In this document: one piece after another, positions 39,615 to 47,913 of the stretch
How positions within the stretch are numbered: position 1 is the stretch's first letter
Layout: each line of letters starts with the position of its first letter
Assembly: GCA_963664435.2 (NCBI GenBank)
Contig: CAXXKM010000002.1
Location: 1,024,001-1,088,000 of the forward strand
Length of the DNA stretch: 64,000 nucleotides
Reading direction: 5' to 3'
From: Longimicrobiales bacterium
GTDB taxonomy: Bacteria; Gemmatimonadota; Gemmatimonadetes; Longimicrobiales; Gaopeijiaceae
Position numbers and translations under genes: made by a program
Notes under the pieces: generated by a model
What the model saw: only the letters and a program-made list of their open reading frames with translations
Told to the model about the DNA's origin: nothing
Database searches by the model: none

Positions 39615-41062
39615 TGGCCGATTCGCCCACCGCCGTTCTCCCCACTCTGGGGCGCGACGGCTTCTCCGAACCCTCGGCCACCCCCTCCCTCCGCTGGGTC
39701 GCGGAAGGGGTGTCGGCGGATTCGGGGGCGGCGCCGGGGCTCCCGCACATCATCGCGTGGAACCTCACCCGGCGCTGCAATCTGGAGTGCGCGCACTGCT
39801 ACATCTCCGCGGGATCCTGGCACCTGGCCGACACCGAGCTCTCCACCGCGGAGTGCCATCGCGTGCTCGATCAGGTTCTGGAGGTCAACCCGAACCCGGT
39901 GCTCATCCTCTCGGGTGGGGAACCGCTTCTGCGCGACGACCTGGAGGAGATCGCCGCCAGGGCGAGCGCCGGCGGGGCCACGGTGGTGGTGGGCACCAAC
40001 GGCACCCGCCTCAGCGACGCGCGCATCGAGTCGCTCATGGAAGCGGGGGTGAAGGGGGTCGCGGTGAGCGTGGACTCGCTGGTCGACAGCTACCACGACC
40101 GCTTCCGCCACGGGTCGGGGGCGCTCTCCGACACCCTGGACGCGGTGGACCGGCTGGCCGCGCACCGCCTGGACTTCATCGTCCAGACCAGCGTCACCCG
40201 GGGCAACCGGGGGGAAGTGGCGGATATCGCGGCCTGGGCGGAGAGCCGGGGCGCGGTTTCGTTCAACCTGTACTTTCTGGTGCCCACCGGGCGCGGGGAG
40301 CGCATGCAGGGCCTCGCCCCGGAAGAGAACGAGGCCGTGCTTGCCGAACTCGTGGAGCTCGAGCGCGAGTACCGGGGCCGAATGATGGTTCGCTCCAAGT
40401 GCCAGCCGCAGATCATGCGCCACGTGATCGAGGGCGGGGAGGAGTCGCCGCTGCTGAACTACGGCACCCGCTGTCCGTGCGGCGTCCACTACTGCCGCAT
40501 CACCCCGGAGGGCAAGGTCACCCCCTGTCCCTACACGCCGGTGGTCGCGGGCGACCTCACCACCACCCCGTTCCGCCAGGTCTGGGAGTCGTCCCCGGTC
40601 TTCACCCGGTTGCGCCGGGGCGATCTGGGCGGGCGCTGCGGGCGCTGCGAGTACCGCGCCGTGTGCGGGGGCTGCCGCGCGCGCGCCCACGCCCTTACCG
40701 GCGACCTGCTCGGGCCGGACGACTCCTGCGCGTACGATCCGGCCGGCGACCGGGAGGTCATCGAACCGCGGCGCCAGGTCGTGTACGGCGACGACACCGT
40801 CCCCGGCCTCCCCTGGACCGAAGAGGCGCGCGCGCGCCTCTCAGTCGTGCCCAGCTTCGTGCGCGGAGTGGTGTCGAATCGCGTCGAGTCGTTCGCGCGC
40901 AAGCGAGGGTACACGATGGTGACCGCCAGGGTCATGGCGGAGGTGCGCCGCGGCATGCCGGTTGATTTCTCCAGGCGACTCCCTTTCTTCCTACGCAACC
41001 AGATGTCCGCGGCCGCATCGCGCGACGGAATTCCGGAGGAGGACGATGCTCCCCGGAGTTGA
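39614..41062 (+). CDS. Radical SAM/SPASM enzyme (AhbC/AhbD/NirJ-like) with C-terminal PCP_red-like domain
   Basis: WNLTRRCNLECAHC, SGGEPLLR, CPCG...PCPY, CGRCEYRAVCGGCRARA...DDSC and WTEEARARLSVVPSFVR; TGATG coupling. Confidence 0.9.
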   Translation: MADSPTAVLPTLGRDGFSEPSATPSLRWVAEGVSADSGAAPGLPHIIAWNLTRRCNLECAHCYISAGSWHLADTELSTAECHRVLDQVLEVNPNPVLILSGGEPLLRDDLEEIAARASAGGATVVVGTNGTRLSDARIESLMEAGVKGVAVSVDSLVDSYHDRFRHGSGALSDTLDAVDRLAAHRLDFIVQTSVTRGNRGEVADIAAWAESRGAVSFNLYFLVPTGRGERMQGLAPEENEAVLAELVELEREYRGRMMVRSKCQPQIMRHVIEGGEESPLLNYGTRCPCGVHYCRITPEGKVTPCPYTPVVAGDLTTTPFRQVWESSPVFTRLRRGDLGGRCGRCEYRAVCGGCRARAHALTGDLLGPDDSCAYDPAGDREVIEPRRQVVYGDDTVPGLPWTEEARARLSVVPSFVRGVVSNRVESFARKRGYTMVTARVMAEVRRGMPVDFSRRLPFFLRNQMSAAASRDGIPEEDDAPRS

Positions 41063-42938
41063 CCAGACCTCGGAGGGAAATGTGCCCAGCAGTCCGTGGA
41101 TGAATCCGCCCGTGCATCGAGAGCGAGGAGGCGCCGCCAGACCCGGCCTGACCTGGTGCGCGCGCGTCGGTCCACTTCTCCTGGTTGCGGCGCTCGCCCT
41201 TTTGGTGATGGCCGAGCCCGCATTCGCCCAGGTTCCCGCCGGCCGCGACTACGGCGACTTCCCGATCATCGGCGGGCGGGCGGCGGTGTGGATCGCGGCC
41301 CAGGTGCACCTGCTCTTCGCCGCGTTCGTGCTGGGCGTGCCCATGTTCGCGGTGGTCACCGAGGCCATCGGCATGTTCGGCGGCGACGACCGCTACGACA
41401 AGCTGTCCAAGGAGTTCACCCGGCTCCTTCTGGTCGCATACTCCGCGACCGCCATCTGGGGCGGCATCCTGCTCTTCCTGCTGATCACCATCTACCCCAC
41501 GCTCTTCAGCTATCTCGCGCAGATCTTCAACCTGTCGATGTGGATCTACGTGGGGCTCTTCTTCTTCGAGTCCTTCACGCTGTACCTGTACTACTACGGC
41601 TGGGACCGCTGGAAGAAGGGGCGCGCCAAGTGGTTCCACTGGGGCCTGGGCATCGCCCTGAACGTGTGGGGCACGATCGTCATGTTCATCGCCAACGGCT
41701 GGCTGACCTACATGATGAGCCCGCCGGCCGAGGTCACGGTCGACACGGCCCCCCAGATGGTGAATCTGTGGATGGCGCTCACCAACGCGACCTGGATGCC
41801 CATCAACATCCACCGGCTGATCGCCAACGTCGTGTTCGGGGGGGCGGTGGTCGGCGCCTACGCCGCCTACCGCTTCCTGGCGGCAAAGAGCGACGAGGAG
41901 CGGGCCCACTACGACTGGATGGGCTACGTGGGCAACATGATCGCCATCGGCGCGCTCATCATCCTGCCCTTCGCGGGCTACTGGCTGGGCCGGGAGATCT
42001 ACGAGTTCAACCAGCAGATGGGCATCACCATGATGGGCGGGTTCATGAGCTGGCTGTGGATCATCCAGGCCTTCCTGATCGGGGTGCTGTTCCTGGCGGG
42101 CAACTATTACCTGTGGGTGGGGATGGGCCGGATACCCGGGGCGGAGCGCTTCATGCCCTACACGAAGTACATGCTGGCGGTGCTCATCGTGGGCGTGATC
42201 GTGTGGGCGACGCCCAACACCATGATCGCCAGCCGCGAGGAGTTCGCGGCGATGGGCGGCACGCACCATCCCTTCCTGAGCGTCCTCGGGCTGATGAGCG
42301 GCAAGAACACTGCGGTCAACTTCATGATCCTGACCACCTTCCTGTCGTTCCTGCTCTACCGGCGCGCCAACAAGGAACCGGTGGTGCCCTGGGCGCGCAC
42401 GGGCACGATCGTGCAGGGGGCGATCTTCATCGTGGCCTCCGCGATCGTGCTGTTCTACGGGATCTACGGCTACATGGTGCCGACCCTCGTGCGCATCGGC
42501 TTCTCGGTGTACCAGGTACTTACGGTGCTCGCGTGCATCATCGGCGTGATCACCATCGACATGCTGATGTTGCGCGGCGCCACCTCCAGAGGCGAGATCC
42601 AGTGGGGCCGCATGCCGGCTCGGTCCCAGTACGCGCTCTTCATCCTGGCGGTGACGTTTACCTGGCTGATGGGCCTCATGGGCTTCGCCCGCAGCGGCAT
42701 CCGCCAGCACTGGCACGTCTTCGAGGTCATTCGCGACACCAGCCCCTGGGCGGCCACCCCCGCGCTGGGATATTCGTCGGTGGTCATCTCCGCCTGCGTG
42801 CTCATCTTCTTCGGGCTGGTGGCCTTCATCTTCTGGCTCGGCTCGCTGGCCGAGCAACCCGTGATTTCGTCGGTTGGGCAGGCCGCGGCCCCCGGCGGGA
42901 TGCAGAGCGAACTTCAGCCGGCACCCAGCGAGGGATAG
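41046..42938 (+). CDS. Cytochrome bd subunit I (CydA)-like membrane protein lacking the Q-loop
   Basis: QVHLLFAAFVLG, FFFESFTLYLYYYGW, FIANGWLTYMMSP, NIHRLIAN and GFARSGIRQHW; GGAGGAGG RBS. Confidence 0.85.
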   Translation: MLPGVDQTSEGNVPSSPWMNPPVHRERGGAARPGLTWCARVGPLLLVAALALLVMAEPAFAQVPAGRDYGDFPIIGGRAAVWIAAQVHLLFAAFVLGVPMFAVVTEAIGMFGGDDRYDKLSKEFTRLLLVAYSATAIWGGILLFLLITIYPTLFSYLAQIFNLSMWIYVGLFFFESFTLYLYYYGWDRWKKGRAKWFHWGLGIALNVWGTIVMFIANGWLTYMMSPPAEVTVDTAPQMVNLWMALTNATWMPINIHRLIANVVFGGAVVGAYAAYRFLAAKSDEERAHYDWMGYVGNMIAIGALIILPFAGYWLGREIYEFNQQMGITMMGGFMSWLWIIQAFLIGVLFLAGNYYLWVGMGRIPGAERFMPYTKYMLAVLIVGVIVWATPNTMIASREEFAAMGGTHHPFLSVLGLMSGKNTAVNFMILTTFLSFLLYRRANKEPVVPWARTGTIVQGAIFIVASAIVLFYGIYGYMVPTLVRIGFSVYQVLTVLACIIGVITIDMLMLRGATSRGEIQWGRMPARSQYALFILAVTFTWLMGLMGFARSGIRQHWHVFEVIRDTSPWAATPALGYSSVVISACVLIFFGLVAFIFWLGSLAEQPVISSVGQAAAPGGMQSELQPAPSEG

Positions 42939-42947
42939 GGAAGGCAG

Positions 42948-43748
42948 ATGCTAAAGACCAACCTGAGTATCCTGGCGGTGGTGATCGGCTGCCTGGGCGT
43001 GTTCACCTGGGTCGCCAACGCCATTCCGCAGATTCAGTCGGACGTACCGGAGGATCTGGTGTTGTCGGACGACGTCAGCCCCGAGGAGCTCATTGCGGCG
43101 GGCGAGGAACTGTATAACGGCGGAGGCGGCTGCACGGCCTGCCACGGTCTGGGCGAGCGCGCCCCGAACCTGCTCACGGACCACGCCGGAACCGGGCTCA
43201 TCGGCGAGCGCTGCGCGAACCGCGTGGCGGGGCAGGACTGCAAGCAGTACCTGCATACCTCGCTGGTCGACCCCAACGCCTACCTGGTGGAAGGGTTCGC
43301 GCCGATCATGCTGGATGCGAGCCGCACCCTCTCCTCCGTGCAGATCTGGGCGCTGGTGGCCTACCTGGAGTCCCTGGGAGGGGATGTCACGGTTACGGGA
43401 GCGGATTTCGCGGATGGCGGCGACGCGGCGCCCGCCGGCGGCGCGATGGCGACTGCGGCCGCCGCTCCGGCGCTGGGTCCGACCGGGGACCTCGACCCCG
43501 AAGCGCTTCTGACCCAGTACACCTGCAGCACCTGCCACACGCTCACCGGGCCCTCGCCGCTCGGGCCGTCCTTCGAGGGCATGGGTGCTCGCCTGACCGC
43601 CGATGAAATCCGGACGGCCATCCTCGATCCCACTGCGTCTGCGGCCGAGGATTTCGAGGCGATGCTCGGGATTATGCCCCCGATCTTCGGGAACATCCCG
43701 GGGGCCCAGCTCGAGGCGATCGTGCAGTTCCTCGCATCGCAGAGATAG
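42948..43748 (+). CDS. Membrane-anchored diheme cytochrome c
   Basis: N-terminal TM; CTACH...PIM and CSTCH...GIMP. Confidence 0.9.
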   Translation: MLKTNLSILAVVIGCLGVFTWVANAIPQIQSDVPEDLVLSDDVSPEELIAAGEELYNGGGGCTACHGLGERAPNLLTDHAGTGLIGERCANRVAGQDCKQYLHTSLVDPNAYLVEGFAPIMLDASRTLSSVQIWALVAYLESLGGDVTVTGADFADGGDAAPAGGAMATAAAAPALGPTGDLDPEALLTQYTCSTCHTLTGPSPLGPSFEGMGARLTADEIRTAILDPTASAAEDFEAMLGIMPPIFGNIPGAQLEAIVQFLASQR

Positions 43749-43776
43749 GAGACGCGCCGGTGAGGGAGGAGAATCG

Positions 43777-44580
43777 ATGAACACCAAGCCCTGGAAGCAT
43801 CCGCTGGGCCAGGCGGCCATCGTCGTGTTTCTGGCGTACCTCGTGTTCGAATGGGGGATCTGGCTCCTGCCGCCCCTCTTCGGGGTCGCCAGCGCCCCGG
43901 TCCCCGCCACCGTGGTTCTGCAATACATGGGAACCGTCGTGGTGGGCGTGCTGATCTGGGTCAGCGACTCGGAGGAGCGCTGGAAACAGTTCAAGGCGCC
44001 GATCCACCGGGTCATGGTGGATCCGCGCCAGAAGGTCCTGCGCACGGCGCTCATGGTCACCATTCCCCTGCTGGTCGCCTTCATGACCTTCGACCGGGTG
44101 CGCCCCACGGTCTCGGCGCCGGCGGCGCTGCGTTCGGTACACCCGGCGCCTCCCGGACAGATCGACTTCCGGGGGGAGACCATGGTCCTCAACGGGCTCG
44201 AGAACCCGCTCCGGCACGAGGGCGACTTCAACGAGCACTACGAGGAAGGCAAGAGGGTCTACGTCCAGAACTGCATGCCCTGTCACGGCGACGCGCTGGA
44301 CGGGCAGGGCCACTTTGCGAGCGCCTTCAACCCCGCGCCCCTCAGTTTCCAGGATCCCGGGACCATCGTACAGCTGACGGAGAGCTTCGTCTTCTGGCGC
44401 ATCGCCAAGGGCGGTCCCGGGCTCCCGCGCGAAGCGACGCCGTGGGACTCCGCGATGCCCGCATGGGAGGATTCGCTGACGGCCGAGGAAATCTGGCAGG
44501 TGATCATCTACCTCTACGAACAGACCGGCTGGGAGCCGCGCACCTGGGAGGAAGAGGGCGCCGAAGGGGAGGAGCACTGA
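43777..44580 (+). CDS. Membrane-bound monoheme cytochrome c (about 3 N-terminal TM)
   Basis: CMPCH, FWRIAKGGPGLP and WDSAMPAW; GGAGGAG RBS. Confidence 0.9.
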   Translation: MNTKPWKHPLGQAAIVVFLAYLVFEWGIWLLPPLFGVASAPVPATVVLQYMGTVVVGVLIWVSDSEERWKQFKAPIHRVMVDPRQKVLRTALMVTIPLLVAFMTFDRVRPTVSAPAALRSVHPAPPGQIDFRGETMVLNGLENPLRHEGDFNEHYEEGKRVYVQNCMPCHGDALDGQGHFASAFNPAPLSFQDPGTIVQLTESFVFWRIAKGGPGLPREATPWDSAMPAWEDSLTAEEIWQVIIYLYEQTGWEPRTWEEEGAEGEEH

Positions 44581-46184
44581 TGCGGGCGCGAGCGAGCAGT
44601 CCACGGGCTGCCATGATACCCGGTTTCGTATTCGCAGCGGCAATGGCGTGCGCCGGCTCGGCGCCCCTGACCGCCCAGGAAGAGAACGCGCTCGGGCGCG
44701 ACGTCTACGACCGCTGGTGCGCGTCCTGCCACGGATACGAAGGTCTCGGCGACGGCTACGCGGCGGAGTACATGCTCCCGCGGCCGCGCGACTTCACCCA
44801 GGCGCTCTACCAGATCCGCACCACCCCGAGCGGGCAGCTGCCGACCGACGACGACATCATGCGGGTCATCAACGAGGGCATGCCGGGCACGACCATGCCC
44901 GGATGGGAGGAAGAGCTCAGCCTCGAAGAGCGGCTGGCGCTCGTCGACTACCTGAAGAGTTTGTCCCGGTTCTTCGCCACTGGCGAGGCCCCCGAGCCCA
45001 TGACCTTCAGCAGCCCGACCCGGGCGACCGAGGAAGCCCTGGCCGACGGACGGGAGGTCTACGAGCTCATCGAGTGCAATCGCTGCCACGGCGCCGACGG
45101 CCGGGGCGACGGCACCTCCTCCCCGACGCTGGTGGACGACACCGGCATGCCCATCTACTCGGTGGACCTGACCGAGAACTGGTACTTCAACGGCGGCGGC
45201 ACGGTGGAGGACATCTACCGGCGGCTGCGCACCGGCCTGGACGGAACGCCGATGCCGTCGTTCACCGACCTCATCGACGCGGGCGTCATCACCGACGAAC
45301 AGCTGTGGAACCTCTCCCACTACGTGCGCAGCTTCGCTCCCGAGGACCCGCCGGGCATCACCGAGGTGATCCGGGCCGGCCTGGTGGAGGATGCGCCCCT
45401 GCCGCAGGGCGTCGACGACCCGATGTGGGAGTCGGCGGAGGCGTTCTACATTCCGATGGGCGGGCAGATCATCCAGAGCCCGCGCTGGTTCGTCCCGCAG
45501 GTGGCCGGGCTGTGGGTGCGCGCGCTGCACGACGGCGGCGAGCTCGCGGTGCACGTCTCCTGGAGCGACCACTCCGAGAGTCCCGATACCGCGTGGGCCG
45601 ACTTCCAGGCCCGGGTCCTGTCGGCGGTGGGACCCGACGAGGGCGACATGGAACCGGGTCCGCGACCCGACGGCCTGTACGTCCAGTTCCCCATGGAAAT
45701 CCCCGAGGGAATGGACAAGCCCTACTTCCTCCTGGGAGATCCCCTGGAGCCCGTGTACCTGTGGCACTGGGAGAGCACGGCCGGCGCAGCGCACGAGGCG
45801 GACGCCCGCGGACTGGGCACCACGGCCCCTCAGGGCGACGCGAGCCAGTCGCTTGCGTCGGAGGCGGCGTTTTCGGCGGGGCGCTGGGCTGTTATGTTCC
45901 GCCGCGCTCTCGAGACAGAGGATCCGGGGGACCTGCAGTTCCGCGTCGGCGAGCCGGTGCCGGTTGGCTTTGCCGCCTGGGACGGTGACAACGGAGAATC
46001 GGGGTCCCGGGGCTCGATCAGCTCATGGCATTACATTTTCCTGCAGGAACCGACGCCAGCCACCGTGGTGGTCGCGCCGCTCATCGCGACGCTGCTCACC
46101 GCCGGGCTGGGCGTCCTGGTTGTGGCCCGGGCCCAGAGGCGCGTGCGGGAAGGCGCCGAAGGCGCGGATGAAGGAAACGCGTAG
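44580..46184 (+). CDS. Diheme cytochrome c fused to an ethylbenzene-dehydrogenase-gamma-like (DOMON) domain
   Basis: Signal peptide; CASCH..PRPRDFT..TMPGW; CNRCH..TPMPSF; WSD, QFP, FRRAL and FAAWDGDNGE; C-terminal TM. Confidence 0.88.
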   Translation: MRARASSPRAAMIPGFVFAAAMACAGSAPLTAQEENALGRDVYDRWCASCHGYEGLGDGYAAEYMLPRPRDFTQALYQIRTTPSGQLPTDDDIMRVINEGMPGTTMPGWEEELSLEERLALVDYLKSLSRFFATGEAPEPMTFSSPTRATEEALADGREVYELIECNRCHGADGRGDGTSSPTLVDDTGMPIYSVDLTENWYFNGGGTVEDIYRRLRTGLDGTPMPSFTDLIDAGVITDEQLWNLSHYVRSFAPEDPPGITEVIRAGLVEDAPLPQGVDDPMWESAEAFYIPMGGQIIQSPRWFVPQVAGLWVRALHDGGELAVHVSWSDHSESPDTAWADFQARVLSAVGPDEGDMEPGPRPDGLYVQFPMEIPEGMDKPYFLLGDPLEPVYLWHWESTAGAAHEADARGLGTTAPQGDASQSLASEAAFSAGRWAVMFRRALETEDPGDLQFRVGEPVPVGFAAWDGDNGESGSRGSISSWHYIFLQEPTPATVVVAPLIATLLTAGLGVLVVARAQRRVREGAEGADEGNA

Positions 46185-46218
46185 ACATCGAAGTTCAAAT
46201 AGCACCACGGAGGAAGGA

Positions 46219-47097
46219 ATGAGAGACCTGTTCGGAGGCGGCCGGGCCACGGTGATGGCGACGGCGGCGATGTTCGCGATCGCGTGCGGTGGCGGCGGTG
46301 GAAGCGAGGCCGGCGGCGGCATGGAGGAAGAGGCCGCTGGCGAGGAGATGGCCTCTCCCGTCGACATGGCCACCGCGGGCGGCATCAACGCGATGGTGAT
46401 GTTCGAGGGCATGGCGCCCGAAATGGATGTGATCGACATGGCGTCCGAGCCCGATTGCGCGGCCCGGTACACCGACACCCCGATGTCCGAGGAAGTCGTG
46501 GTGGGTGACGGTGGCGGACTCGCCAACGTCTTCGTCTACGTGAGGGAAGGCGTCGACGCGGGCATGAACTTCCCCACGCCCGGCGGCGCGGTGGTGATGG
46601 ACCAGATCGGCTGCCGCTACGTCCCCCGGGTCGTGGGCGTGCAGTCGGGGCAGGACCTCACCTTCCGCAACTCGGACGGCCTGCCGCACAACATCAACGC
46701 CTCCCCCAGCACCAACCGCGGCTTCAACGTCAGCCAGCCGGTGAACATGGACACCAACCGCAGCTTCCCCATGGCCGAGGTGATGGTCCCGGTGCGCTGC
46801 GACGTGCACGGCTGGATGAGCGCCTACGTGGGCGTGCTGGATCACCCCTTCCACGGGGTCACGGACATGGCGGGAGGCGCCGACCTGGGCATGCTCCCGC
46901 CCGGTGAGTACGTGGTCGAGGCCTGGCACGAGCGCTATGGAACGCAGACCGCCAGCGTCACCGTCACCACCGCCGAGACGGCGATGGTGAGCTTCTCCTT
47001 CTCGGAGGCGATGGCGGCCAACGCCGTGGTGCCGATGGGCGAGCCGATCGATCCCCACGGTCCCGGAGCCCACGCTCTCGCTCCCGAGACCCATTAG
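46219..47097 (+). CDS. Met-rich cupredoxin-like lipoprotein with a carboxypeptidase-regulatory-like domain
   Basis: Lipobox AIAC; DQIGCRYVP, NSDGLPHN, CDVHGWM and PPGEYVVEAWHE. Confidence 0.82.
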   Translation: MRDLFGGGRATVMATAAMFAIACGGGGGSEAGGGMEEEAAGEEMASPVDMATAGGINAMVMFEGMAPEMDVIDMASEPDCAARYTDTPMSEEVVVGDGGGLANVFVYVREGVDAGMNFPTPGGAVVMDQIGCRYVPRVVGVQSGQDLTFRNSDGLPHNINASPSTNRGFNVSQPVNMDTNRSFPMAEVMVPVRCDVHGWMSAYVGVLDHPFHGVTDMAGGADLGMLPPGEYVVEAWHERYGTQTASVTVTTAETAMVSFSFSEAMAANAVVPMGEPIDPHGPGAHALAPETH

Positions 47098-47211
47098 ACA
47101 CGAGCCGCCGAGGACGGGCGGGCGTCTCCCCGCGGGGGCGCCGGCCCGGCACGCGACCGGGTACACAGCCCGGCCGGCATCACTACCGGCAGCGAGCAGG
47201 AGAACACCGAC

Positions 47212-47913
47212 ATGAGCTGGATGCTCCCCGAAAGCTTTTCCACCTTTGGGCCGGACGTCGACTTTCTGTACTACGCGATCCTCGTGGTAACGGGAGTGGT
47301 CTTCGTGATCACCGAGGCGCTCCTGGTCTATTTCGTCATCCGCTACCGGCGCCGAGACGGACAGAAGGCCACCTACATCCACGGGTCGACGAAGGCGGAG
47401 ATCATCTGGACTACCGTCCCCTTCATCGCCGTGCTGGGGCTGGCGTTCATCAGCATTCCTTCGTGGAACATGATGAAGAACCCGGACAGCGTGCCCGCCG
47501 ACGCCCTCGACTACATCGTCAACGCGAAGCAGTTCGAATGGGAGATCACCTACGCCGGCGCGGACGGGGTCACCGGCACCGCCGACGACATCTCGACGAT
47601 CAACATCATGCACGTCCCGGTGAACCAGGCCGTCAACATCACCCTCCGGTCCGAGGACGTGCTTCACTCCTTCTTCCTGCCCGAGATGCGGGTGAAGCAG
47701 GACGCCGTGCCCGGGATGGACATCACCGTCTGGTTCGAGGCGACGGCCGCGGGCGCGTATCCCATCGGTTGCGCCGAACTCTGCGGCAATCTGCATACGA
47801 CCATGGGCGGGACCCTCAACGTATACGAGGCGGCCGACTTCGAAGCGTGGGTCGCGTCCCAGAGCGCGGACGCCGACGACGCCGACGACGCTGACGATCA
47901 GGAGGACCAGTAG
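47212..47913 (+). CDS. coxB: Cytochrome c oxidase subunit II
   Basis: Two TM, EIIWT, QFEW, DVLHSF, KQDAVPG and CuA motif CAELCGNLHTTM; no fused cytochrome c. Confidence 0.95.
   Translation: MSWMLPESFSTFGPDVDFLYYAILVVTGVVFVITEALLVYFVIRYRRRDGQKATYIHGSTKAEIIWTTVPFIAVLGLAFISIPSWNMMKNPDSVPADALDYIVNAKQFEWEITYAGADGVTGTADDISTINIMHVPVNQAVNITLRSEDVLHSFFLPEMRVKQDAVPGMDITVWFEATAAGAYPIGCAELCGNLHTTMGGTLNVYEAADFEAWVASQSADADDADDADDQEDQ

Noticed and set aside
26581..41062. Photosynthesis gene cluster (chelatase-like ATPase, PCP_red domains, hem genes)
   Set aside because: No bchH, bchL/N/B catalytic domains, puf/puh or crt genes; PCP_red occurs only as small appended domains.
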